From Candidatus Brevifilum fermentans (lineage in GTDB: Bacteria > Chloroflexota > Anaerolineae > Anaerolineales > Anaerolineaceae), in assembly GCF_900184705.1 (NCBI RefSeq), contig NZ_LT859958.1:230883-262882 (forward strand): a stretch of 32,000 bases of DNA. Reading direction: 5' to 3'. The position numbers were made by a program, and so were the translations under genes. Of this stretch, positions 1-8,809 are shown piece after piece; position 1 is the first letter of the stretch; every line of letters begins with the position of its first letter. The notes beneath the pieces are model-generated. The model did not search any database. It was not told where the DNA came from and saw only the letters and a program-made list of their open reading frames with translations.

Positions 1-131
1 TTTTGGTGTGAATCGACAAGAATTTAAGGGAACAATACGTTAATGGGTCAACAATATCTAATATAATTTTTACACCCTGCCTGTAAGATTAATAACAGTA
101 AGAAAAAACAAAAATAATCAAAAAGGAGATC

Positions 132-563
132 ATGATGATTAAAAGAACAGCAAAAGCCGTATGGCAAGGTGATTTGAAGCAGGGCAGCGGTTCACTGGAA
201 TTGGGCAGCGGCGCCTTCCAGGGAAAATATTCCTTCACCTCCCGTTTTGAGGACGGCGTGGGAACCAACCCGGAGGAGTTGATCGGTGCCGCGCACGCGG
301 GCTGCTTCTCGATGGCGCTCAGCTTAGAGCTTTCCAAAGCCGGCTACACCGTGGATGAGATCCAAACCGAAGCGATTGTCTCTCTGGGCAAAGATGGGGA
401 TGGTTTTTCAATTCCCGAAATTAAACTGGTGTCGAAAGCTCGGGTCAAAGATATTACCATGGACGAGTTTATCAAGTACGCATCGGGCGCCAAGGAAAAC
501 TGCCCGGTTTCAAAAGCACTGGCCGGGGTGAAGATATACCTGGAAGCGCATTTGATTAAATAG
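132..563 (+). CDS. osmC: OsmC/Ohr-family peroxiredoxin (hydroperoxide reductase)
   Basis: 143-aa ORF with AAGGAG 3-6 nt upstream of tandem ATG ATG. Both conserved OsmC cysteines sit in their usual contexts (AAHAGCFSMAL and KENCPVSKAL). Length and end-to-end resemblance match E. coli OsmC as I recall it. Confidence 0.85.
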   Translation: MMIKRTAKAVWQGDLKQGSGSLELGSGAFQGKYSFTSRFEDGVGTNPEELIGAAHAGCFSMALSLELSKAGYTVDEIQTEAIVSLGKDGDGFSIPEIKLVSKARVKDITMDEFIKYASGAKENCPVSKALAGVKIYLEAHLIK

Positions 564-886
564 CGAATTGTGAATAGGAGACCGGATTTTGTTTAGCAGG
601 TCTTCAGTACCCGTATCCTGTCCCTTAGATGTGGCACTGGTCTGGTGATCGGTGCCACCAGAAGGGTCAGACCATCAGCAATATTCTGGAGGCCTGCATC
701 ATTGAATTTGTAAACGACCACCTCGCACACTGCGTCAACCATCATGGGCTTGAAAAATGAGCTGTCCTTGCATGTGATAATCAATACAATTAAACACTTT
801 TTCAATACGCTTGTTGGATATGACCAGTGGCAAATACCTGCCAGATTTTCGGTCTGTGTTGGAAAATCTGAATACCGCAATGAAAT

Positions 887-1741
887 ATGCAAAATCGAAA
901 CAAAACTGACCGGCAAGCCAGGGCGTTGACCCGCCAGCCCGTATTTTGGGCGAAAATCCTGTTGATCGCTCTGCTGCTATCCGGCTGTTTGCCCCGGCCA
1001 GTAGGCGAAACCGGGTCCATCCCGATGGATCTGTCTGCGCAGATGACTTATGAAGTGGTGAACTCCTTCCCGCATGACCCGGAGGCGTTTACCCAGGGAT
1101 TGGTCTACCATGAGGGTTACCTGTACGAAAGCGCCGGGCTGTATGGCGAATCATCCCTGCGCAAAGTCGCGCTGGAAACTGGAGAGGTGCTGCAGCGCGT
1201 GGAACTTCCTCCACAGGTCTTTGGGGAAGGACTGACTCTATGGGAAGATCGGTTGTTACAGTTAACCTGGCGCGAGGGGCGCGGGTTCATCCACGCGCTT
1301 GAGGGTTTCGCACCCCTGGGCGAATTCACCTATGCAACCGAGGGCTGGGGTCTGACTCATGATGGGGTGCAGCTTATTATGAGTGACGGCAGCCATCGCC
1401 TGTATTTTTTAGACCCGGAAAGCTATCACATGATTGGCACAGTCGAGGTTTTCGACCAGGATCAGCCTGTTGAGCGGCTTAATGAACTGGAATTTATCAA
1501 CGGGGAGGTGTTTGCCAACATCTGGCAGACGGATTGGATCGTCCGCATCGACCCGCAGTCTGGTGTGGTTTTGGGCTGGATCGACATGGCTGGGATCCTG
1601 CCTGAGGCGTTAATCACACCGACCACAGACGTGTTGAACGGCATCGCCTACGATCCGCAAGGCAACCGCTTGTTTGTCACCGGCAAAAACTGGCCACTGC
1701 TGTTCCAGGTTCGCCTGGTGCCCCTTGATGAGGGTCATTAA
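887..1741 (+). CDS. Glutaminyl-peptide cyclotransferase (bacterial/plant beta-propeller glutamine cyclotransferase family), predicted lipoprotein
   Basis: 284-aa ORF. The N-terminus has a basic n-region, a hydrophobic core and the lipobox LLSGC. The body matches the glutamine cyclotransferase family pattern (FTQGLVYHEGYLYESAGLYGESSLRKV, FGEGLT, EGWGLTHDG, LNELEFINGEVFANIW, LNGIAYD). The start is not supported by a clear RBS. Confidence 0.8.
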   Translation: MQNRNKTDRQARALTRQPVFWAKILLIALLLSGCLPRPVGETGSIPMDLSAQMTYEVVNSFPHDPEAFTQGLVYHEGYLYESAGLYGESSLRKVALETGEVLQRVELPPQVFGEGLTLWEDRLLQLTWREGRGFIHALEGFAPLGEFTYATEGWGLTHDGVQLIMSDGSHRLYFLDPESYHMIGTVEVFDQDQPVERLNELEFINGEVFANIWQTDWIVRIDPQSGVVLGWIDMAGILPEALITPTTDVLNGIAYDPQGNRLFVTGKNWPLLFQVRLVPLDEGH

Positions 1742-1745
1742 ATCA

Positions 1746-1776
1746 AAAATGGCCAGATCGCTGGCCATTTTCTTTG
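1746..1776. terminator. Bidirectional rho-independent terminator between the convergent cyclotransferase and hsp20 genes
   Basis: Perfect 11-bp stem (1746-1756 aaaatggccag / 1761-1771 ctggccatttt) with 4-nt loop atcg. An A-run lies on one side and a T-run on the other, so either strand reads hairpin plus U-tract. It lies 5 nt after the + strand stop (1739-1741) and 16 nt after the - strand stop (1792-1794). Confidence 0.7.
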
Positions 1777-1791
1777 ATTCAGGTTCGCCCA

Positions 1792-2280
1792 TTATTTATT
1801 TTTTGATTTGCCTTCGATCACCTTCGATTTGCTGGCGCCCTTGACTTCAATCCGGCGGGGTTTAACTTCTTCTTTTTTAGGCAGATGGATCTGCAGGATA
1901 CCGTTTTCTGTTTCAGCCTGGATCTTTTCCACGTCCACGGTGCCGGGCAGGGAAATCGTGCGAGAGAAGGTACCAAAGCGGCGTTCTCGCAGGTGGTAAT
2001 GACCCTCTTCGCCTTCTTCACGCTCATCGCGAACTTCGCCCTTGATCGTCAGGTTATTGTCCGTATAAGTGATTTCGATGTTGTCTGCGTCGATGCCAGC
2101 CACGTTGGCTTTAACAACGAACTCGTCTGGTTTTTCCACCATGTCCATGGGCATGCACAGGCTCATCGGTTCTCCGTAAGCATATTCACCGGTATCGTAG
2201 ACATTATCAAGCATACGCTCCAAAGCACGGTTCCAGCTCAGCATTTCTCGAAAGGGATCACGTCGTATTAAATTAGCCAT
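1792..2280 (-). CDS. Hsp20/alpha-crystallin family small heat-shock protein
   Basis: Alpha-crystallin domain pattern (DMVEKPDEFVVKANVAGIDADNIEITYTDNNLTIKGE...FGTFSRTISLPGTVDVEKIQAETENGILQIHLPK). The ORF track starts at 2295, but that ATG is itself part of ATGGAGGAcgaaaaaATG, so GGAGGA sits 7 nt upstream of the ATG at 2280. I therefore chose 2280. Confidence 0.9.
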   Translation of the reverse strand: MANLIRRDPFREMLSWNRALERMLDNVYDTGEYAYGEPMSLCMPMDMVEKPDEFVVKANVAGIDADNIEITYTDNNLTIKGEVRDEREEGEEGHYHLRERRFGTFSRTISLPGTVDVEKIQAETENGILQIHLPKKEEVKPRRIEVKGASKSKVIEGKSKNK

Positions 2281-2454
2281 TTTTTCGTCCTCCATTGAAC
2301 CTATTTTTATTGACTTACATCTACAGTATAGGGAGGATATGTTTGATTTTCGTCAAAAGGGTATTAACAAAATCTAAAAGATTTAACTTAAAGGGCTGGA
2401 TTGATCGTTTTTTGCTACTGGATGGCCGCCCCTTATGGAGACGAAACCCCGAGT

Positions 2455-3219
2455 TCACTCAAGCGATGTCTTTTCAACCACCCAGAAGTGCGATAAACCA
2501 AAAATCCGCAGGGGCGTTTTTTCCAGCCATTGCAGGACGGCGCGCAGACTCTTTCCAAAACGGGGATGCCGGGCGATGATATTGTCATAGGCACCGAAGA
2601 TGATTGTGCGCTTGATCACGCGTACGGGCAAACCGGAAAACAGGCGTGTGAGATCACGCCGGGTGTAAACATTGACATGAGGAGCCAGTCGATCGCGCCA
2701 GGCACGCGGCAGGTAGTTGATCAGGGGGATATTTCCGAAATGATAAACCCCGCGCCAGTAAAACCCATGGGTCTCGAAAGGGTAGCCGCGATTGGGGCAA
2801 AACAACACCAGCCGCCCCCCTGGTTTTAAGCTGCGCAGGATCTCTTTGATGACAGCACGGTCATCCTGGACGTGCTCCAGCACTTCGTGGCTCAATACCA
2901 GGTCAAAGCGCTCTGCACTCAAGGGCAGGTCTTCCCCGCGGGCATTGACCAGGTGCTCGGCGTGGATTTTGGCTTGCTGCAGGCGCTCAAACTCAATATC
3001 CAGCCCCACGATATTTTCCGTGAATTTCCCCAGGCGAAACAAGTACGTGCCCACTCCACAGCCATTCACCAGCACCGCCTGTTTCTGCCGTCCACCGGCG
3101 GCTTCCAGGATTAATGCCAGGCGACGTTCTTGACCGTCCCGCCAAACATAAGAAGGTTCGCCGCGCAGGGCTGCCTTGTCCAGGTTGCGCACAGAGGGTG
3201 GAGCTTCTTGAGGGGACAT
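2455..3219 (-). CDS. Class I SAM-dependent methyltransferase
   Basis: 254-aa ORF with SAM-binding motif I (VLVNGCGVGTY), the post-I acidic residue (GLDIE), FDLVLSHEVLEHV and LKPGGRLVL, the Methyltransf_11/25-like pattern. The start ATG is 3 nt after the kinase stop (TGA TCG ATG), with GGAG inside the kinase 3' end. Confidence 0.8.
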   Translation of the reverse strand: MSPQEAPPSVRNLDKAALRGEPSYVWRDGQERRLALILEAAGGRQKQAVLVNGCGVGTYLFRLGKFTENIVGLDIEFERLQQAKIHAEHLVNARGEDLPLSAERFDLVLSHEVLEHVQDDRAVIKEILRSLKPGGRLVLFCPNRGYPFETHGFYWRGVYHFGNIPLINYLPRAWRDRLAPHVNVYTRRDLTRLFSGLPVRVIKRTIIFGAYDNIIARHPRFGKSLRAVLQWLEKTPLRIFGLSHFWVVEKTSLE

Positions 3220-3222
3220 CGA

Positions 3223-4932
3223 TCACTCCATAGCCATCGGGTCGATATCGCGGGTGTGGGGCACCCAGGCCATAATGGTGGTACCATCGCCGGGCACAGT
3301 GGTGATATCCAGGTCTCCGCCAACATTGCGGGCGCGGGTTTGCATGTTTGAAATCCCATGTCCCAGCGTTAGCTGAACCGCTTCAGGATCAAAGCCGCGG
3401 CCATTATCGTGCACTTCCATCAGCACCCGATCAGATGTGGTCCAAACCGACACTTCCACCTTGCTGGCATTGGCGTGTTTGGCGACATTTGCCAGCGCTT
3501 CCTGGCAGATGTGGAACAGGGCAATCGCCTGCGGATCCGGCAAGTTTTCCAACCCTTCAGAGGGACCGCTGAGGGACGTCTCAACCAGAGAATTGACCTG
3601 AAATTCCTTCACCAACCGCCGCAATCCGTCCATCAGGTTCTCTTCATAAAGCTGGCGCGGCCGCATGTCCATGATGAAGGCGCGCAGGTCACGGATCGTG
3701 CTGTTGAGGTCTTCGATGGATTGGTCAATGCGGGTGCGGACCTGGGCGGGCTCTTCCTCGAGCAGCAGACGGGCATGTTCAAGCGTCAGCCCCACCGCGT
3801 AGATGGATTGGATAACACCATCGTGCAGGTCCATCCCAATGCGCTCACGCTCTTCGAGCACAGCCAACCGACGTCCCTGGATATTCAGGCGGACGTTTTC
3901 AATTGTGGTCCCCACCCAGGAGGCGATTGATGAGAGCAATTGTCGATCGATATCCTCCAACGGATCATCCCGCGTGAGGGCAATGCTGAGCACGCCCAGC
4001 ACTTCACTACGGCTGGTAAGTGGAAAACAAGCAATCTGCGCCAGCCCGGCATCCACCAGAGCCTGGTTCCTGAGGAAGGGGTCGTGCCGGTAGGGCAGAC
4101 CGACAATAGAGGGATTGCCGCTGCGGGCTGTACGCCCGATCAGGCTTTCATTCAAGGTGAAGCGTGCCTGGTTCCAGATGGAATGGACGGCATCACCCAG
4201 GTGGATCGCCCTCGAAAGGAAATTTTGACCTTCCTGGTCTAAAAAGATTTCACCGACTTCCACATCGAAATAATTAATCACCCGGTTGAGGGCTGTTTTA
4301 AGCAGATCGTCCAGCTCGGTGATCGACGCCAGGGCTGAAGCCAGGTTATTGAGCAGCGCCAAATCCTGGATGCGACGGGTGAGGGTGCGATCCCGTTCGT
4401 GCAGTTCATCGTAGGAGCGCGCGTTGGAGATTGCCACTGCGGCATAGGCAGCCAGGGTTTCGATCACGCGCTCATCATCCTGCGTGAAGCCGTCTCCGGT
4501 GATTTTATCGACCAGGTAGATTTGCCCCAGGTTGCGCCCGCCCTGGTAGATGGGTACGCCCAGCAGAGAAACAATCCTGGGCGCCTGTTCAGGGAATGCC
4601 ACCAGTCCAAGGTCGGTTTGAATATCCATCACACGCACCGGGTTGCTGGCGTCAGCAATCGCATTGATCAGGTTCATATTGATCGGCGGATGGGGTTGGG
4701 AAAAGACCTGTCCCTCATCGTTCCAGACCGAGATGAATTGCTCGAGATGCCCGCGCTCGGTACGGATGCCAATCGTCGCATAAGCAGCATTGGCTTGCTC
4801 ACAGGCGATGCGGGCGATGCGGTTCAACAGGGAATCAATCGAGATATCCTGCACCAGTTCCAGGCTCACCTGGTGTAAGGCTGCCAGCCTTTCTTCTAAC
4901 TGTTCACAGGAGAGATCTGTTTTGAGGACCAT
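3223..4932 (-). CDS. Soluble GAF-GAF sensor histidine kinase (HisKA_3 / NarX-DegS type)
   Basis: 569 aa with no hydrophobic TM segments. It has two GAF-like regions, the HisKA_3 H-box ERERIGMDLHDGVIQSIYAVGL, the N-box QEALANVAKHANA, and G-boxes HDNGRGF and GHGISNM. Confidence 0.85.
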   Translation of the reverse strand: MVLKTDLSCEQLEERLAALHQVSLELVQDISIDSLLNRIARIACEQANAAYATIGIRTERGHLEQFISVWNDEGQVFSQPHPPINMNLINAIADASNPVRVMDIQTDLGLVAFPEQAPRIVSLLGVPIYQGGRNLGQIYLVDKITGDGFTQDDERVIETLAAYAAVAISNARSYDELHERDRTLTRRIQDLALLNNLASALASITELDDLLKTALNRVINYFDVEVGEIFLDQEGQNFLSRAIHLGDAVHSIWNQARFTLNESLIGRTARSGNPSIVGLPYRHDPFLRNQALVDAGLAQIACFPLTSRSEVLGVLSIALTRDDPLEDIDRQLLSSIASWVGTTIENVRLNIQGRRLAVLEERERIGMDLHDGVIQSIYAVGLTLEHARLLLEEEPAQVRTRIDQSIEDLNSTIRDLRAFIMDMRPRQLYEENLMDGLRRLVKEFQVNSLVETSLSGPSEGLENLPDPQAIALFHICQEALANVAKHANASKVEVSVWTTSDRVLMEVHDNGRGFDPEAVQLTLGHGISNMQTRARNVGGDLDITTVPGDGTTIMAWVPHTRDIDPMAME

Positions 4933-5101
4933 AGCGGGCTCATTTTACCCCAAAAGGGGGGCTGTGTTCTGAAGGCAGGCGAGAATCTGATAGCTTTTGG
5001 GAGCCCTTTGCCAGTATATTCCATTAAGTGAATTTATTGTTGATCAATTACCACATCGGGTATGATCATTTCTGATACAACGAACCATGGAGGTCGGGCA
5101 G

Positions 5102-6403
5102 ATGACCGCAAACACGGCACATGAAGAAAAATTTTACAACCTGACACCTGCAGAACGCCTGGCACGCATAACCGATCAGTACCGGCTTTCAGCAGAGGAT
5201 GGGGCAGTATTGAGCGGAGAGCAGGGCCTTTCACTTGAATCTGCAAATCACATGATCGAAAATGTGATTGGCACCTTCAGCCTGCCGCTGGGAATAGCCC
5301 GCAATTTTCTGATCAACGGTCGCGAGGTTCCCGTGCCAATGGTCGTGGAGGAGCCTTCCATCGTCGCTGGCGCTTCTTTCATGGCGAAATTGGCGCGCGG
5401 CACGGGCGGTTTTTTTGCCCACGCAGATGCAGCCGAGATGATTGGGCAAATCCAGGTTTTGGACCTGGACGACCCATCCACTGCCCGACTGGCGCTGCTG
5501 GATAACAAAGAAATGCTGCTGGCAGAAGCTGCGCGGGTTGATCCCGTGCTGATTAAACTGGGCGGCGGACCGCGTGACCTGGAGGTGAGGTTGATCCAGG
5601 ATTCGCCCATCGGGGAATTTGTGGTGGTGCACCTGGTTTACGATGTGGTGGACGCCATGGGCGCTAACGCGGTCAACACAGCCGTGGAACGCCTGGCGCC
5701 GATTATTGAGCGCATCACCGGGGGCAGGGTCCTTCTACGCATTCTCAGCAACCTGGCTGATCGACGTTTAGCGCGCGCCCGGGTGACCATCAACACCGCA
5801 GACCTGACTTTTGGAGAGTTTAGCGGAGAAACCGTGCGCGATGGAATCGTCCAGGCTTGGGCGTTTGCTGCTGCCGACCCTTACCGTGCTGCAACACATA
5901 ACAAGGGCATTATGAATGGCATCGACTCGGTGCTGATTGCAACCGGGAACGATTGGCGCGCTGTGGAAGCCGGTGCGCACGCGTTTGCCGCCCGGGGTGG
6001 GCGCTATACCAGCCTTTCGACCTGGAGCCAGGATGAGACCGGAAACCTGGAGGGGTCACTTGAGATGCCGATGGCTGTTGGCACGGTGGGCGGCGCCACT
6101 CGCGTTCACCCAGCGGCTCAGGCCTGCCTGCGCTTAATGGGAATTAAATCGGCTGCCGACCTGGCTGAGGTGCTGGTTTCGGTCGGCTTGGCACAGAACT
6201 TGGCTGCTTTGCGGGCACTGGCGACAGAGGGCATCCAGCGTGGGCACATGACCCTGCATGCACGCCAGGTAGCGGTTGCCGCCGGCGCACAGCCCGAACA
6301 GATCGATGCCCTGGTCGAACGCTTGATTGCTGATAAAATCATCCGTATTGATCATGCGATAGCAATTTTGGAAGATTGGAATGGAGGAGACCGTGGACAA
6401 TAA
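5102..6403 (+). CDS. mvaA: Hydroxymethylglutaryl-CoA reductase, class II (NAD(P)H-dependent, 'degradative' type)
   Basis: Hallmark HMGR motifs are present: [33 protein letters not shown]. The size (about 430 aa) is typical of class II enzymes. The ORF-track start 5087 is ATGGAGGtcgggcagATG, so GGAGG lies 8 nt upstream of the ATG at 5102, which I chose. 5087 remains possible. Confidence 0.9.
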   Translation: MTANTAHEEKFYNLTPAERLARITDQYRLSAEDGAVLSGEQGLSLESANHMIENVIGTFSLPLGIARNFLINGREVPVPMVVEEPSIVAGASFMAKLARGTGGFFAHADAAEMIGQIQVLDLDDPSTARLALLDNKEMLLAEAARVDPVLIKLGGGPRDLEVRLIQDSPIGEFVVVHLVYDVVDAMGANAVNTAVERLAPIIERITGGRVLLRILSNLADRRLARARVTINTADLTFGEFSGETVRDGIVQAWAFAAADPYRAATHNKGIMNGIDSVLIATGNDWRAVEAGAHAFAARGGRYTSLSTWSQDETGNLEGSLEMPMAVGTVGGATRVHPAAQACLRLMGIKSAADLAEVLVSVGLAQNLAALRALATEGIQRGHMTLHARQVAVAAGAQPEQIDALVERLIADKIIRIDHAIAILEDWNGGDRGQ

Positions 6404-7484
6404 TGAGCATTTGTCAGCGCAGCAGGGAGGAGTGGCTCAAATCCCATCCCGCCCCGTAGGCATTGCCGGTTATGGGGTTTATATTCCGCGGTACCGCTTG
6501 CCCGGCACCGAGGTCTCGCGAATTTGGCTTGGCGAGCCCTCACCCGGCCCGGTTAAAGAGAAAGCCGTGGCGGGGCTCGACGAAGATGTGGTCACCATGT
6601 CGATTGAGGCCGCGCGCAATGCCCTGGCACGGGCGGCAATCGATCCCGAGGAACTGCGAGCGGTGTGGGTGGGCTCGGAATCTCATCCTTATGCGGTTAA
6701 ACCCTCTGGCACGATTGTGGCAGAGGCGATTGGTGCACCGGTTCACGTCCAGGCCGGGGATTTTGAGTTCGCTTGCAAGGCTGGAACAGAGGCGATGGTG
6801 GCTGCCATGGCCCTGGTTGGTTCGCACATGGCGGATTACGCTCTGGCGATCGGCATGGATACCGCCCAGGCTAAACCCGGTGACGCGCTGGAATACACCG
6901 CTGCATCGGGTGGAGCGGCTTATATCATCGGTCCGGCTGAAAACGCCCTGGCATCAATTGACGCTCATTATTCTTTCGTGACCGATACTCCGGATTTCTG
7001 GCGGCGGGAACACCAAATCTACCCCGAACATGGTCAGCGGTTTACCGGTGAGCCGGCTTATTTTAATCACATCATCTCAGCTTCGCGAACCTTGCTGGAT
7101 CAAATGGGTCTCACGGCAGCCGATTTCAAATATGCGGTCTTCCATCAACCCAACACAAAATTTCCCCAACGGGTCAGCAAACAGCTTGGCTTTACGCCGG
7201 AGCAGATCAAAGAGGGGCTGCTCTCACCGGTGATTGGAAACACCTACGCCGGGTCGGGTATGGTTGGGCTGACCGCCATACTGGATATTGCTGAGCCGGG
7301 CGATCGCATCCTGATGACGACCTACGGTTCGGGCGCCGGGTCGGACGCTTTTGTGATCACTGCCCTGGAAGCGCTATTAGAACGACGGAATGCTGCGCCC
7401 AGCACCCAGACTTATATTGCCCGCCGCACACAGATCGATTACGCTACCTATGCCCGCATGCGCGGGAAGATTGCCATGAGATGA
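6381..7484 (+). CDS. Hydroxymethylglutaryl-CoA synthase, short archaeal-type
   Basis: 367 aa. [14 protein letters not shown] is an N-terminus typical of the archaeal-type enzymes. Catalytic Glu/Cys/His contexts are retained ([24 protein letters not shown]) plus IGNTYAGS. It overlaps the HMGR 3' end by 23 nt. Confidence 0.85.
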   Translation: MEETVDNNEHLSAQQGGVAQIPSRPVGIAGYGVYIPRYRLPGTEVSRIWLGEPSPGPVKEKAVAGLDEDVVTMSIEAARNALARAAIDPEELRAVWVGSESHPYAVKPSGTIVAEAIGAPVHVQAGDFEFACKAGTEAMVAAMALVGSHMADYALAIGMDTAQAKPGDALEYTAASGGAAYIIGPAENALASIDAHYSFVTDTPDFWRREHQIYPEHGQRFTGEPAYFNHIISASRTLLDQMGLTAADFKYAVFHQPNTKFPQRVSKQLGFTPEQIKEGLLSPVIGNTYAGSGMVGLTAILDIAEPGDRILMTTYGSGAGSDAFVITALEALLERRNAAPSTQTYIARRTQIDYATYARMRGKIAMR

Positions 7485-7491
7485 GGGTGCC

Positions 7492-8664
7492 ATGGATAAA
7501 CGCCCATCAGATGTAATTGTGGCTGGCATCAGCCAGACACCGGTCGGTGAGTTTTGGGATCAATCGATCCGCCAGTTGGGAATCGAGGCGATCCTTGATG
7601 CCCGCAAGGATGCAGGCGGTTTGGTGCCCGAGGTGTTGTATGTCGGCAATCTGCTGGCAGTCTCTGCCTCTCGTCAGGCAAACCTGGGCACCCTGCTGGC
7701 TGAGAACGCTGGTCTGCGCGGGATAGAGGGGGTCACTGTGGAAGCAGCCGACGCTTCAGGCGGGGCAGCCTTGCGGCTGGCTTACCTGGCTGTGCGTTCA
7801 GGCGCTGTGAATACAGCCATGGCGCTGGGCGTGGAAAAATTCACCGATGTGATTGGCGGGGCATCGGAAGCCATGCTTGCCCACATGCTGGATGCTGATT
7901 ACGAAGCGGCTGAAGGGTTGACCCCGGTCGGACTGGCAGCGCTTTTATTTAAGCGTTACCTGCTTGAGTATGAGGTCGATCGCGATGCCCTGGCAGGCTT
8001 CCCGGAAACCGCCCATGACAATGCTTCGGTCAATCCAAATGCCATGTTCAAGTATCCGATGCGCCCGGGCGTTTACCAGCAAGCTATTGTTTCCGAGGAT
8101 TTTACCTTGTATGACGTGGCGCCCTATGCGGATGGGGCAGCGGCAGTCCTGCTCACCCGCGAGGATTGCCTGCCCGTGGGTTGGGACCAACCGCGGGTCA
8201 GGCTGATTGGATCCAGCCTGGTTACGGATACGCTTTCTATTCATGACCGCCATCATCCGCTGGAATGGGATGCAGCCCGTTTAAGCGTTGAACGCGCCTG
8301 CCGTGCAGCAGGCATCATGCCCCGGGATGTAGATTTTTTTGAAGTCCACGACGCCACCACCCTGCATACCGTTCTTTCTCTCGAGGCAGCGGGGTTTGCT
8401 TCGCAGGGACAGGGTTGGATGTTGGGCAAGCCTGAGACGATCGGACTGGGCGGTCAGATCCCGATAACCACTTTTGGTGGCTTAAAGGCACGCGGAAATC
8501 CGATCGGTGCAGCCGGGATTTACCAGGCGGTGGAAGCCACGCTGCAATTGCGCGGGCAGGCGGGTACAAACCAGGTGCAGGGTGCCAAACTGGGCTTGAT
8601 CCAGTGCCTGGGCGGGATGGCTTCTACAGCAGCAGTGCATGTTTTAGCAGCGGATAACGGTTAG
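7492..8664 (+). CDS. Thiolase-fold protein (SCP-x/archaeal thiolase-like) with substituted catalytic residues; not a canonical acetoacetyl-CoA thiolase
   Basis: 390 aa, starting 7 nt after HMGCS. The thiolase scaffold is recognisable throughout (GVEKFTD, LYDVAPYADGAAAVLL, TTFGGLKARG.PIGAAG, QLRGQAG, QCLGGMAS). However, the nucleophile context reads EAADASGG (Asp87, GAC 7750-7752), the HDCF loop reads HDAT (286-289), and GHP reads GNP (Asn336, AAT 8497-8499). Confidence 0.8.
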   Translation: MDKRPSDVIVAGISQTPVGEFWDQSIRQLGIEAILDARKDAGGLVPEVLYVGNLLAVSASRQANLGTLLAENAGLRGIEGVTVEAADASGGAALRLAYLAVRSGAVNTAMALGVEKFTDVIGGASEAMLAHMLDADYEAAEGLTPVGLAALLFKRYLLEYEVDRDALAGFPETAHDNASVNPNAMFKYPMRPGVYQQAIVSEDFTLYDVAPYADGAAAVLLTREDCLPVGWDQPRVRLIGSSLVTDTLSIHDRHHPLEWDAARLSVERACRAAGIMPRDVDFFEVHDATTLHTVLSLEAAGFASQGQGWMLGKPETIGLGGQIPITTFGGLKARGNPIGAAGIYQAVEATLQLRGQAGTNQVQGAKLGLIQCLGGMASTAAVHVLAADNG

Positions 8665-8809
8665 TCGGTAGTTGGATGGCAGAAGGAAGACAGGTTTTCG
8701 ATCGATGGGAGTCTTCCTGTAAGAATTCACCTTCAGACTTTAAATCCCTGATCTTATTTCAATGATACAATCTACAAACGATGATGACCACGATTCAGGA
8801 GGACATTCC

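Noticed and set aside
593-916. 107-aa minus-strand ORF in the osmC-cyclotransferase spacer, considered as a real gene
   Set aside because: The N-terminal half is AT-rich low-complexity sequence that overlaps the cyclotransferase start. Only the last ~50 codons look coding-like and I recognise no family. It is kept only as part of a low-interest finding.
2296-2461. Heat-shock operator upstream of hsp20 (CIRCE, HAIR or ROSE). ACTCAAG at about 2455-2461 resembles a HAIR half-site.
   Set aside because: There is no CIRCE (TTAGCACTC-n9-GAGTGCTAA). The ACTCAAG lies about 170 nt from the hsp20 start, inside the methyltransferase stop region, and has no properly spaced CTTGAGT partner. The promoter-like TTGACG/TATACT pair has a 20-nt spacer.
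8685-8717. GGAAGAC-n19-GTCTTCC dyad after the thiolase-like gene, considered as a terminator
   Set aside because: It has a 7-bp stem with a 19-nt loop and no downstream T-run. That is too weak to call.
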